Below are positions 27,250 to 39,400 of a stretch of 64,000 nt of DNA, piece after piece (the first letter of the stretch is position 1; every line of letters starts with the position of its first letter). The position numbers were made by a program, and so were the translations under genes. Location of the stretch: IMG/VR virus record IMGVR_UViG_3300025674_000014. One strand, 5' to 3'. The notes under the pieces were generated by a model. That model did not search any database, was not told the origin of the DNA, and saw nothing but the letters and a program-made list of their open reading frames with translations. Source of the stretch: a virus (lineage: Duplodnaviria; Caudoviricetes).

Positions 27250-30200
27250 TTAGTTAATACATTTTACTTTATAATCAAACCATTCTTGATGTAAACGAAC
27301 ACAGTTAATGCAAGCTGAATTATGAATACAAGCAGCATTATTAACATTAAGAAATGCAATTCCTACAAATTGTCTTGTTGAACCCCATAAATTTAAACAA
27401 GAATCATTAAAATCTAGCTGTTTACAAACGGTTACTACTTGATTAGTAAAAGTATTTGGCATGTTTGCGCCTATACTACACCATATTATTCCGTTACCAA
27501 AGCTAAATAAATAACATACCGGGTAATTACTACTAGTGTTATTTCCATAAGATACATTTATTTTATAATATAAACAATCAATCATACTCATACAGTAATT
27601 AGAACTACAAACTGAACATTTTACCATACATGCCTTATTTGCCATCATAGGAATGCAATTTGTACAACACATTGTATAATAGGCATACCACCCACCATCA
27701 CTTCCCGGAAGACAAATATTATGTACATATTGACCTCCGCATGTAAAACCACATGTGGTGTTTCTACAACAATAAGCTAATGAATAATTTTCACACCCTA
27801 CATTTGCCAATATGTATTTACAACCGCAACCCCAACATAAACTAGTTGAATCATAACCGGCACAAAGATATTTGTCACACATATTATCTATATGATAATT
27901 ACTCCACCAATTAGATTGCCATGCATAAATACATCTACCTGAATATCCGCAATCATAAAGATTAGCTAATGCACATAAATTACATGTACTACAAGCGGTA
28001 TAAATAGCAGGCATCCAAGAATCATGTTGAGTATACCCAGACGGTTTTGGAGCACACCAACACCAATATAGAGGTGTACCTGAAGCTCGACAATTGTTTA
28101 CGTAATAACTATAAGTAAAACAATTACTACTATCTGCCAACATATTTGTAGTTGCAAATGTCATAGCAGGGTTATATACTTCACAAGAATAACAAAATTT
28201 TATACATTGACCGGTAGTTAAAGTAGAATAATCTACAGAACATGTTATAGTGCTATATGAAGATACGTTAGAGTTAATAGTAGGGTAGTTATATGTAGCT
28301 TTAAATGTACCAGCGCTACAAAAATAAGGGTCACACCCATATGTAATAAACCCGCCAAATGGAAAACATATTTTCCATGTCCATCCAAAAACACAAGAAG
28401 TGCTTATACATCTAACTTTATACCCGTAACCACTGGTTGGTGTACCCCAGGGTAATATATAGGTGTTAGAAGTATTACCATAATTGTCTGTTCTACTTGT
28501 CCACCAAGGGTGCGCTTTTGCTTGATTAAAGCATCTAAATCCTTGCGTACCTGTACATTTTGTTTCGGGCATTAAATTAGTACAAGCATAACTACCGCTG
28601 GTATAATTAGCACAGGTATAGCTAGTTATTGTTGGACAAGTCGCGCCTGAACATATTAAATCAGTTACACTTGAACATTCATTAGGCACGGGAGGTGTGC
28701 TCGTAACTGTGGGTGTTCTTGTCTGTGTAGGTGTATGTGTACTTGTTCTGGTCGGCGTTCTCGTCTTGGATTCTGTAATAGACTTCGTTCTGGTTGGTGT
28801 TCTTGTCTTCGTTCTAGTACGTGTAGGTGTATAGGTTGGTGTTCTTGTACGCGTAGGTGTTCTTGTTCTCGTGTTAGTAGGCGTTTGTGTACGCGTACGT
28901 GTGTAGGTTGGTGTTCTTGTACGTGTACGTGTACGTGTTTGGGTTGGTGTTCTCGTACGTGTACGTGAATGTGTAATAGATTTCGTTCTGGTTGGTGTTT
29001 GTGTACGTGTAGGTGTACATGTTCTCGTGCGTGTATAGGTTGGTGTTCTCGTACGTGTACGTGATTGTGTAATCGACTTCGTTCTGGTTGGTGTTCTCGT
29101 ACGTGTAGGTGTTTGTGTACGTGTACGTGTTTGGGTTGGTGTTCTCGTACGTGTACGTGATTGTGTAATCGACTTCGTTCTGGTTGGTGTTCTCGTACGT
29201 GTAGGCGTACATGTACGTGTTCTTGTTCTCGTACGTGTAGGCGACTGGGTTGGTGTTCTTGTACGTGTAGGTGTTTGTGTACGTGATCTTGTACGTGTAC
29301 GTGTACGTGTAGCTGATTGAGTTGGTGTTCTTGTACGTGTAGGTGTTTGTGTACGTGTTTGGGTTGGTGTGCGCGTTCTAGTAGGTGTTTGTGTACGTGT
29401 CTTAGTTCTTGTTTGCGTTCTCGTACGTGTATAGGTTGGTGTTCTTGTTCTCGTACGTGTATATGTAGGAGTTTGTGTACGTGTATTTGTTGGTGTACGC
29501 GTACGTGATGCTGTACGTGTCGGTGTTTGTGAACGAGTAGGTGTTTGTGTACGTGTACGTGTTGCTGATCTGGTCGGTGTGCGTGTACGTGTACGTGTCT
29601 GTGTAGGTGTTTGTGTACGTGTTTGTGTTCTCGTTCTACTTGGTGTAGGTGTTTGTGTTATTGATTTAGTACGTGTAACGGTTGGTGTTCTTGTACGTGT
29701 TACAGCTGGTGTTGCTGTTCTGGTAGGTGTTCTTGTACGCGTAGCTGTCTGAGATTTTGTTCTCGTTTGCGTAGCTGTACGTGTATTTGTTGGTGTTTGC
29801 GTACGTGTCGGTGTTTGTGTACGTGTCTTAGTTCTTGTTCTCGTACTCGTAGCTGTTCTCGTATTAGTAGCTGTCTGCGTATTAGATTTTGTTCTAGTAG
29901 CTGTTGGCGTTTGTGTACGTGTCTTAGTAGCTGTTCTAGACTTAGTACGTGTTGGTGTTTGCGATCTCGTACGTGTATTGGTTGGTGTTTGCGTACGTGT
30001 AGCTGTTTGAGTGTTAGATTTCGTTCTCGTCTGGGTTGGTGTTCTTGTACGCGTACGTGTAGATGTTTGTGTTGCTGTACGTGTTGATGTTGGTGTTTGT
30101 GTTCTGGATCTTGTACGTGTACGTGTCGGTGTATTTGATCTCGTACGCGTACGTGTAGCAGATTGTGTAGGTGTTTGTGTACGTGTCTTAGTTGACGTAT

Positions 30201-33200
30201 TAGTAGCTGTCTGCGTTGCTGTCTTAGTGTTTGTTGGTGTTGGTGTTTCAGTACGTGTTCTAGTACGTGTTCTTGTGGGAGATTGTGTTCTCGTTGGCGA
30301 TTGTGAACGTGTTCTTGTAGGTGTCTGTGTTCTTGTTCTTGTAGACGTTCTTGACTGTGTAGACGTTTTCGTCTTTGTAACTGTATTAGTACGTGTGTTT
30401 GTAGGAGTTTGTGTTCTTGTCTGCGTTGCTGTCTGCGTTGCTGTCTTAGTGTTTGTAGGTGTTTGTGAACGCGTACGTGTTACCGTTTCTGTTGCTGTTC
30501 TGGTAGACGTTCTTGTTTGTGTGGCTGTTCTTGTTCTCGTTGGCGTTTCTGTGCGTGTACGAGTTGGTGTACTACTACGTGTTTTAGTATTTGTAGCGGT
30601 TTGTGTGGTTGTTCTAGTGCTTGTCTTAGTAGGTGTATGTGTTCTAGTAGGTGTTTGTGTACGTGTTCTTGTATTAGTTTCGGTTCTTGTCTGCGTATTT
30701 GTTCTTGTAGATGTAGGTGTTTGTGTATATGTAGGTGTTGATGTTCTTGTATTTGTAGCGGTCTGCGTGTAAGTTGATGTAGATGTTCTTGTGTTAGTAG
30801 CAGTTTGGGTATTTGTTTTTGTTTGTGTTGGTGTTCTCGTTGATGTTTGAGTTGATGTTTTAGTAGATGTTCTTGTTTGTGTGGCTGTACGTGTGTTAGA
30901 TTTCGTTCTCGTTTGTGTGCGTGAACGTGTTTGCGTAGCAGTTTGTGTTGCCGTACTTGTAGGTGTTTGTGTTCTTGTACGTGTACTAGTAGCGGTATTT
31001 GTAGGGGTTTGTGTTCTTGTACTTGTACTGGTTTTGGTATTTGTTGGTGTTTGTGTTCGCGTACGTGTATTTGTTGGCGTTTGTGTACGTGTTTCAGTTG
31101 GTGTTTGTGTACGCGTACGTGTATTTGTTGCTGTTTGAGTAGGGGTTTGTGTTCTTGTTTGCGTTGGTGTCGGATAACGTGAAACAGTTGCAGTAGATGT
31201 TTGTGTGTTCGTTCTCGTCTGTGTAGATGTTCTCGTCTGCGTAGACGTTCTTGTCTGCGTAGATGTTCTTGTATTGGTTGGTGTTCTTGTACGTGTACGA
31301 GTGTTAGTTGCTGTTGGCGTTTGTGTACGTGTACGTGTTTGTGTATTTGTACGTGTATTTGTCGGTGTTTGTGTTCGTGTACGTGTACTAGTATTTGTAG
31401 GTGTTTGTGTGCGTGTACGTGTTTCTGTTGGTGTAGGCGTTTGTGTTCTCGTTCTTGTCTGAGTAGCAGTTCTTGTCTGTGTTGATGTACGTGTGTTAGT
31501 AGCGGTTTGCGTAGACGTTTGCGTAACCGTTCTCGTATTAGTAGCTGTTTGAGTAGCTGTTTGTGATGACGTTCTTGTTTGTGTTGGTGTACTTGTAGCT
31601 GTTCTAGAAGCTGTCTGGGTAGGTGTTCTAGTACGTGTAGCTGTCTGGGTTGGTGTTCTAGTTTGGGTTGGTGTGCGTGTACGTGTTACGTCAGGTGTAT
31701 CTGTTTGACTTGGTGTTCTCGTAAACGTAGGTGTTCTTGTTTGTGTTCCGGTCTGCGTTGATGTTGGTGTTTGTGTACGTGTACGTGTTTGTGTATTTGT
31801 TGGTGTTTGGGTGCGTGTACGGGTTTGTGTACGTGTACGTGTATGTGTTGGTGTTTGCGTTCTTGTCTGCGTCGGTGTTTGTGTACGTGTACGTGTGTTA
31901 GTAGATGTTTGTGTATTTGTTTTTGTTCTTGTTTGAGTAGCTGTTCTTGTCTGCGTAGATGTTCTCGTCTGTGTTGGTGTTTGTGTTCTCGTCTGAGTCG
32001 GTGTTTGTGTACGTGTACGTGTTTGTGTGTTTGTTCTTGTCTGTGTAGGTGTTTGTGTGCGTGTTCTTGTCTGCGTACGTGTACGTGTATTAGTAGCTGT
32101 TTGTGTGTTTGTTCTTGTCTGCGTAGATGTTCTCGTCTGCGTAGATGTTCTTGTCTGTGTTGGTGTTGGATAACGAGAAACCGTGCTCGTAGCTGTTCTG
32201 GATTGGGTAGCTGTTCTAGTTTGAGTATTTGTTCTCGTCTGGGTATTTGTTCTTGTTTGTGTTGGTGTCTGAGTACTTGTTCTTGTCTGAGTAGCTGTTC
32301 TTGTCTGCGTACGTGTACGTGTTTGTGTTCTTGTCTGAGTAGCTGTTCTCGTCTGAGTAGCTGTTCTCGTTTGAGTAGCTGTTCTAGTATTAGTTGGTGT
32401 TTGTGTACGTGTTTGTGTAGCTGTTTGTGTGTTTGTTCTCGTTTGTGTTGCTGTTCTCGTTGGTGTTTGGGTACGTGTACGTGTACGTGTACGTGTTTGA
32501 GTAGGTGTTTGTGTTCTCGTTCTAGTGTTAGTAGGAGTTTGTGTTCTTGTTCTAGTTGATGTATTAGTAGCTGTTCTTGTTTGTGTAGATGTTCTTGTAT
32601 TGGTTGGTGTTTGCGTTCTTGTAGGTGTTTGTGTTTGGCTTGCTGTTCTCGTACTTGTTGGTGTTTGTGTACGTGTACGTGTATTTGTAGGTGTTTGAGT
32701 TCTTGTTCTTGTCGGTGTTTGCGTTCTTGTTCTAGTATTTGTTGGTGTTTGCGTACGTGTACGTGTACGTGTATTGGTAGCTGTTCTTGTTTGTGTAGAT
32801 GTTCTTGTTTGTGTCGGTGTTTGTGTTCTTGTTTCGGTAGCAGTTTGGGTTGGTGTCCTTGTCTGCGTAGCTGTTTGAGTAGGTGTTTGTGTTCTTGTTC
32901 TCGTTGGTGTTAATCTAGGTAAGTCAAATCTATGACGTAATGCTGAGTAACTAGCTTCTATTTGATTTTCAGTTAATGCATCGTTGTATACTTTAACGAT
33001 AGCAATTTCACCGTTCATATCTCTAACTGAACCATAACTTTTACCAACGCTTAACAATGTTTCTGATGTATTTCTGCTAGAAGGTATCGAAACGGTACCT
33101 TCAAGATCAGCATTGAAATACATTTTCATATTAGAGCTATCAACAGTTATTGCAAATTGGAACCAACCGGTTGATGTGGTAAGAGCTGTTGGCATTGTAA

Positions 33201-33318
33201 TGGTGTAAGAAGAGCCACCAAGTATTAAATTAGCATATAACTTATTGCCTACAGGTAATCCTGAACGCTCTTTTTGCACTAATAACCAATTGCTTGAATC
33301 CCCCACATAAGTAAACAT
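27250..33318 (-). CDS. C-terminal segment of the giant mucin-like fibre protein (its frame is open back to ~33432)
   Basis: Begins mid-LamG domain, followed by a ~1400-aa (T-X)n stalk and a Cys-rich C-terminal region; the sequence upstream of the Met continues the homologous domain ([20 protein letters not shown]). Confidence 0.8.
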   Translation of the reverse strand: MFTYVGDSSNWLLVQKERSGLPVGNKLYANLILGGSSYTITMPTALTTSTGWFQFAITVDSSNMKMYFNADLEGTVSIPSSRNTSETLLSVGKSYGSVRDMNGEIAIVKVYNDALTENQIEASYSALRHRFDLPRLTPTRTRTQTPTQTATQTRTPTQTATETRTQTPTQTRTSTQTRTATNTRTRTRTQTPTNTRTRTQTPTRTRTQTPTNTRTRTQTPTSTRTASQTQTPTRTQTPTNTRTSTQTRTATNTSTRTRTQTPTNTRTRTQTPTQTRTRTRTRTQTPTRTATQTRTNTQTATQTRTQTPTNTRTATQTRTATQTRTATQTRTQTRTRTQTRTATQTRTSTQTPTQTRTNTQTRTNTQTRTATQSRTATSTVSRYPTPTQTRTSTQTRTSTQTRTNTQTATNTRTRTQTRTRTQTPTQTRTNTQTRTRTQTPTQTRTQTPTQTRTSTQTRTATQTRTKTNTQTSTNTRTRTQTPTQTRTQTPTHTRTRTQTRTRTQTPTNTQTRTRTQTPTSTQTGTQTRTPTFTRTPSQTDTPDVTRTRTPTQTRTPTQTATRTRTPTQTASRTATSTPTQTRTSSQTATQTATNTRTVTQTSTQTATNTRTSTQTRTATQTRTRTQTPTPTETRTRTQTPTNTSTRTRTQTPTNTRTNTQTRTRTQTPTATNTRTRTRTPTNTRTSTQTRTSTQTRTSTQTRTNTQTSTATVSRYPTPTQTRTQTPTQTATNTRTRTQTPTETRTQTPTNTRTRTQTPTNTKTSTSTRTQTPTNTATSTRTRTQTPTSTATQTATQTRSRTQTRTKSNTRTATQTRTSTKTSTQTSTRTPTQTKTNTQTATNTRTSTSTYTQTATNTRTSTPTYTQTPTSTRTNTQTRTETNTRTRTQTPTRTHTPTKTSTRTTTQTATNTKTRSSTPTRTRTETPTRTRTATQTRTSTRTATETVTRTRSQTPTNTKTATQTATQTRTQTPTNTRTNTVTKTKTSTQSRTSTRTRTQTPTRTRSQSPTRTQSPTRTRTRTRTETPTPTNTKTATQTATNTSTKTRTQTPTQSATRTRTRSNTPTRTRTRSRTQTPTSTRTATQTSTRTRTRTPTQTRTKSNTQTATRTQTPTNTRTRSQTPTRTKSRTATKTRTQTPTATRTKSNTQTATNTRTATSTRTRTKTRTQTPTRTQTPTNTRTATQTRTKSQTATRTRTPTRTATPAVTRTRTPTVTRTKSITQTPTPSRTRTQTRTQTPTQTRTRTRTPTRSATRTRTQTPTRSQTPTRTASRTRTPTNTRTQTPTYTRTRTRTPTYTRTRTQTRTKTRTQTPTRTRTPTQTRTQTPTRTRTPTQSATRTRTRTRSRTQTPTRTRTPTQSPTRTRTRTRTCTPTRTRTPTRTKSITQSRTRTRTPTQTRTRTQTPTRTRTPTRTKSITQSRTRTRTPTYTRTRTCTPTRTQTPTRTKSITHSRTRTRTPTQTRTRTRTRTPTYTRTRTQTPTNTRTRTPTRTRTPTYTPTRTRTKTRTPTRTKSITESKTRTPTRTSTHTPTQTRTPTVTSTPPVPNECSSVTDLICSGATCPTITSYTCANYTSGSYACTNLMPETKCTGTQGFRCFNQAKAHPWWTSRTDNYGNTSNTYILPWGTPTSGYGYKVRCISTSCVFGWTWKICFPFGGFITYGCDPYFCSAGTFKATYNYPTINSNVSSYSTITCSVDYSTLTTGQCIKFCYSCEVYNPAMTFATTNMLADSSNCFTYSYYVNNCRASGTPLYWCWCAPKPSGYTQHDSWMPAIYTACSTCNLCALANLYDCGYSGRCIYAWQSNWWSNYHIDNMCDKYLCAGYDSTSLCWGCGCKYILANVGCENYSLAYCCRNTTCGFTCGGQYVHNICLPGSDGGWYAYYTMCCTNCIPMMANKACMVKCSVCSSNYCMSMIDCLYYKINVSYGNNTSSNYPVCYLFSFGNGIIWCSIGANMPNTFTNQVVTVCKQLDFNDSCLNLWGSTRQFVGIAFLNVNNAACIHNSACINCVRLHQEWFDYKVKCIN
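28690..32910 (-). repeat. (Thr-X)n low-complexity coding stalk, approx. bounds
   Basis: Thr/Ser at every second residue; 6-nt periodic DNA, GT-rich on the + strand. Confidence 0.9.
28942..29229. repeat. three tandem 96-bp coding repeat units
   Basis: A 72-bp identical stretch at 29038-29109 and 29134-29205 (period 96), plus a diverged copy from 28942; encodes TPTRTKSITQSRTRTRTPT. Confidence 0.85.
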
Positions 33319-33407
33319 TACTTGAGTTTCATTTGATGTAAAAGAACTATCATCAAAATAAACCCATGAAATAATTGTAAAACTATCATTTAAAACAGGT
33401 AACGTAT

Positions 33408-36400
33408 TTAAATTAGAAACCGTTCTATATAATTAACCGCATCACCTGTAGAGGTTGGCCATACATAACTCTTAGGACTTGTTTGATTTAATTCTACATC
33501 ACCTACTATTACACTATCAATGCTATTTGATGTAATATCACCTATTCCAGTAGCTGGATAAAACTCTCTAGATTGTGGTGTGAAATTACTTGTGTATCTA
33601 GCAGTACCAATTGTAAGTCTAAACTCATCTATATAACCAGTTAGTTTTGATGTACCGTCAGATTTTGATCCAATTATTAATTGACCACCTGGAGCCGTAC
33701 CGGATATTGAAACGGTAGCTTCTTGTGTACCGTCAATGAATAATCTTGCAGTACTACTATCTCTTACAGCAGCTAAATGATACCAAGTGTTATTTGATAA
33801 TGTTGAAGTTGAATATGTATCAGCGCTTATTATACCACCAGAGAATAAAACTTTACCATTTGCTTCAACAGTTAATAATACCCCACCAGATCCACCACCT
33901 CTTGTATCAAAAATGTACTGTCTACTACCTATAGAACTTACATAAACCCATGTTTCAAAAGTAAAGTCAGATGAACCTAAAGCTAACCCAGAAGAATAAT
34001 TTAGGTAAGCTGTTCCATCAAAATAAGCACTACTACCACCAAATTTAAATTGATCGGTACTAATTTCTGTATTTGTATTTGATGCTGTATTAGAAGCACT
34101 ACTACTATCAGTGAACGTTGTAGAACCATCGGTTCCGTTCATATGTAATAGTAACTGAACGTCTGAATAATATGTATCCGAAAGATCTCCGGTTGTGGTT
34201 GTATTATCGGCATCGTAATATGCTATCAAATCACTTTGAATTGCAGATGTCGCTGTTTGCGTTGGTGTCTGTGTAGCTGTTCTTGTTTGTGTAGGTGTCT
34301 GTGTACTTGTTCTTGTTTGTGTTGGTGTCTGTGATCTGGTTTGTGTAGATGTTCTAGTCTGGGTAGCTGTTGCTGTTTGGCTAGCTGTTCTAGTTTGTGT
34401 TCTTGTTCTGGTGTTAGTAGCAGTTTGTGTAGACGTTCTTGTCTGTGTACTTGTTCTTGTACTTGTAGGTGTTTGTGTTGTTGTTCTAGTAGATGTATTT
34501 GTAGGTGTTTGTGTTGGTGTTTCTGTTCTAGTTCTTGTTCTTGTAGGTGTAAAGGTAGGTGTTCTGGATTGCGTAGGTGTATTTGTTTGACTAGATGTTC
34601 TTGTTTGTGTTCTTGTTCTTGTACTGGTTACTGTTTGGGTGTTTGTTCTTGTTTCAGTTGGTGTTCTTGTATTGGTAGGCGACTGGGTTGGTGTTTGTGT
34701 TGATGTTGGTGTATTAGTAGGTGTTGAAGTATTTGTTCTTGTATTAGATGGTGTTCTTGTTTGTGTAGGTTGTGGTGATCTTGTTCTAGTAACTGTTTGG
34801 GTGTTTGTTCTAGTTACAGTTGATGTTTGTGTAGGGGTTTGTGTTCTAGTTCTAGTATTAGTAGGTGTAGGTGATAACTGTGGTAAGTTAAAACGTTTAA
34901 ATGTGGTTTCGTAATTTAACTGAACCTGGTATAACGTCAATGCTGTGTCATAAACTTTTAATGATGCATATTTACCATCCATAAACCCGCTCAAACCATT
35001 ATAGCTTGCCATTCTAGGTCTTGGATTTCCGTTATTCAAGTTACTAACATCTCCTTGGAAGTCAATTAATGTTGAATGATCTTGATAACCATCAACATAA
35101 ATTCTCATATCATTAAACTTACCAGGGTAGAATGTTGTTGTAGGTCTTCTAAAGTTACCGGTGTAACGAGCAATACCTTTAGTTATTCTAACATCCTGTA
35201 AATAACCGTTCATGTATTGAGATCTATTTTGACTACCAATATAAAGATCTCTTGTACTGTTATATACTGAGCTTGTACCTACATCTGTATTACTAGTTGA
35301 TATACCATCAACGTAAACTCTTAATGAAGTACCATTTCTAACTAATGCAACATGGTGCCATGCATTATCGTTAACAGCAATTGTGCTTGTATTTGTATAT
35401 GTCCAACCTGTACCAGTAGTACTAATTGCACCAACTGCATAACCACCATTACTATCAGATAACGCTCCTAAGTAGAATGCTGAATTAGAAGATGCTCCAA
35501 ATGACGATTGACTTGCTATAATCTGATAATTACCAGTAGAAGGCCCACCTGGTGATTTCATCCAAGCTTCAATAGTGAAATCTCCATCACCAAAATGCCA
35601 ATCATCGCTATCACTATATAATAAATAGTCACCGCTACCGTCGAAGTAACCACTACTTCCACCCCACTTATAATCGTTAGTAAGAATTTCAGTATTACCT
35701 GCAACATCTGATGGTGTTCTTGCAGCGCTACTACTATCGGTAAATGTAGTAGATTCATTCGCACCGTTCATATGCAATAACAACTTAACATTCGGGTAAT
35801 ATGAATCTGTAGGTACATTAACATCACCACTTAAGGTTGTGTAAATATGATGCCATTTACCATCTGTTATATTAGTTGTACCTGTTGCACTTAAAGCACC
35901 TGCTGTTGCTTCAGGTAATGTATAAACTTGCAATGTACCAGATAATGGATCAACATTCATCTGGAAATTATCAATTGTATCTCCGGTAGGTCCATCAAAT
36001 TTGAAAATGTTCTGACTAATACCATTACTCAATGATTTAGAATTAGATTGAACCCACATACCTACACTGAATGAACTTAATGAATTATATCCGCTTAATT
36101 CAGCATAATCACCATGCCCGGACATCGCAACATAATAAGATGATAAACTATCCGCAACATTGTAATTAATTGATGGTGAATATACATAACTTGGGAACAT
36201 ATCTTGAGGAGTATCAAAATCTGCTGTATATCTTGCAACATCTCTTGTTACTCTCAACCCGTTCATCCATCCATCTAAACTTGCACCTTGACCAGTTTCA
36301 CATGCAACGTATATATAATTACCGTTAGTAACACTGTCACCCCAAGTAGTTTCAGCTATCTTAGTGCCATTAACAAATAATCTCATTACTCCAGATTCTC

Positions 36401-39400
36401 TAGAAACTGCTAAATGATACCACTTATCAATTTCCATTCCGTGAGTACCGTTAATTCTTTGAGTATCGGTATAATGTACAATTAATTTTGTCTGACCTAT
36501 TAAGAAACCAAAACCATTTCCAGATCCAGGATCGCCACTAGTGATAATCATTTGATGATTTTGCCAATTAGTTGGCCAAGAATCACTTGTAGGCATACTT
36601 CTTAATTTAACCCAGGACTCAATAGTAAAGTCGTTGGTATAAAATCTCATATCATAACCAGCATATGCTGGTTTCATAATACCATCAACGTTACCGGAGC
36701 GATTAAATTCACCACTACTACTACCAAATTTGTATTCAGATGTAGTAATAAATGCATCTCCTAAAGTAATAAATTCAGCATTAGCGCTACTACTATCAAC
36801 AAATGTTGTTTGACCGCTTAATCCTTGGAAGTTCAATACAATGGCATTATAATCTGAATATTCGTCTCTATTTGCTATAGTAAGATCATTATTATTTGAG
36901 CTAATGTCCTGCCATAGATAAGGTGATTGACCTGTTGATGTATTCGTTGGTGTGGGAGTTACTAAAGGAGCTAATGTTTTATTAAACTTAGATAATAAGT
37001 AGTTATTCATTCTAGCTACTTCATAATCTGTTAATGCGGTACCATGAACTGCTACTGCGCCAACTTTACCATAAAATCTATTACCTTCACCTTGATCGGA
37101 GAATATATTAAAATTATGTCCAGGGTAAAATCTATAACCGTATGGATCGGTTATATCTATGTTAAATGCTTGAACACCGTTGATAAAACCAGACATTTTA
37201 TCTTTTGTTCTTCTGTAAGTAATAACATCAAATCTACCTTCACTTACAGGTAACTTAGAGAATCCCCAACTACCACTTAATGGATATACATTATCACCAT
37301 GTCCGATACCAATGTTATAATATCTATGATATGCATCATAACTACCGTTACCCATGTTCATAGATATACCCATATCAGGGTAATTGGTATCAAACAAGTA
37401 CATTTCCCTAGTTTCTTCATTAGGCTGCATTGCTAATGTAATGGTCCAATCAGATGCAGTAAGAGGTTGGAATGTATTGTTATACCCGTAACCATTTTGC
37501 CATTCTAAATGTCTTGGATTAATATAATTATCATCAACTAATCTATAACCGGCCATTATAGTTTCGTAATGATTATCAGATAAATCATACCAACGATTAC
37601 CACCACTTGCAGGATAACTAAATGTATTTGTTGAATCTAAGAATAAGCATAAGTTTCTTGTTGAAACACATGCACCTTGAGTTACTGTAGGTGTGTTTGT
37701 AGGCGTTACAGGTGGTGTACATACTGATAATGTATATCTACTTGATAATGCTGCGTAATCAGCGCAAACTTGTTCGTGAGATAAACCACATGTTTGATAC
37801 CATCTAAATGTTGCAATACTACCCTTCCAACGATAATCGTTCCTTTCTTGACGATAACCACCTAACATAGGCAATAAATTACAAGAAGATAATGAAAGTA
37901 TATTAGAAGTATTTTCTGCTGATAATCCAGGCACACCATTTAAATAAGCATAACTTACATTATTCTTTCTTACAAATGCTACATGACTCCATTCACATAA
38001 TGTTAAAGCACTTAATGGGTAAGTCCAAACATCACCACCTGTTGAATATAAACCATTAGTGTAAAATCTAGCTCTACACTGATCATCAACTAACCACCAA
38101 AGTTGGTAATCATGGCCATAAGTACCTATTCTTTTCGTATTACCTAAAATTGTAGAATTAACCCTAGTAGGGCAAATCCAAGCTGTTGCTGAAAAGTCGC
38201 CGGATAAAGTTTCAAAAGCATTAGGGTTGTTAAAATAAACTGCTCCAGAACAACTGCAACGTTCATCCCAACATAAGGTACCACCACCATCATATTCGCA
38301 ATTGCTATACCAAGGGTAGTTGCTTATTGGGTAACATGTACCGTATGGGCAACAAAATTTATGACAACATTTCTGTGAATAAAGTGTCAAGTCATTACAA
38401 AATAACGTACCATCGTTACCATGATTAGTTAAGTCAACAATATTACTTTCGGTACACCCGTAAGCTGATCTTGTATAATTAGGATATGATTGTTGATTAT
38501 AAAAATCGTAACTAATTGTTAAACAATCCGGTGCTGCTACATATTGTGTAGCAGTAGGTGTAGGGGTAACACCAATAGTTGGTGAACTACTTCTTGTTGG
38601 AGTATAACTTCTAGTTCTAGTTACGGTAGATGTTTGTGTTGGTGTTTGTGTATTAGTAGGAGCAGGTGTAGCTTGATACCTAGCAGACAAACCTTTGAAG
38701 TCAGAAATTACTTCATCTCTTGTCATACCAAACCCACAATAAACTCTATATTGAGCTAAATTACAAAAAGCTCCAAGTGTGTATGGACGACCGTAATCAT
38801 AGATATTGTAACAATTATTTACAGGGCAGCAAAATAGATCACCTGCATTTGAATAAATTGCAATTTCATTAGCTCTTCTAGAAACATTAACATAATGGAA
38901 TGAACTTAATGTAAGCTGTTGTGTACATAAAGTAGGTAATCCCTGACCACTAACTATATATCTACAATCGCTACCTCTCCAATATATATCAAACGGGTTG
39001 TTATTCCATGAATACCTATCTACTACGCTTTGATCACCGCTTGTTGAAACGGGTCTTGCCCAGAATGCTACGGTAAAATCTTCGCAGAAGAATGTTAAAT
39101 CTGTATTTTCAGGTAAACACATACCACTTCTGAATGAAAGTGTACCCTGATATGGGTCTGCACAATAACAAGAATTGTATACAGTAAGTCTACCATGATT
39201 ATTTCTTGGTGATAAATCTTCAACATAAACATATTGACCATTCTCACCATCTCTTTCAGGTAATGTGCAATATGGGTAAGATTGTCCTTGATAAAAATCT
39301 AAGTGTAATACTAATTTATCACTCTTTAAAAAGCAACCTGCAGGCGTAGTGGTAGGTGATAACCCTATAGTATTTGTTCTTGTTGGTGTGTTAGATGATG

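Noticed and set aside
33405-33410. TAAATA as an internal promoter making 27250-33318 an independent gene
   Set aside because: It lies 87 nt from the Met versus 5-9 nt at the other sites, and that Met falls in the middle of a LamG domain.
33404-33432. Programmed -1 frameshift via a slippery heptamer
   Set aside because: TTTAAAT is present but is not phased X XXY YYZ in the upstream frame and overlaps the stop. Paralog alignment instead points to one missing A. Non-canonical shifting cannot be fully excluded.
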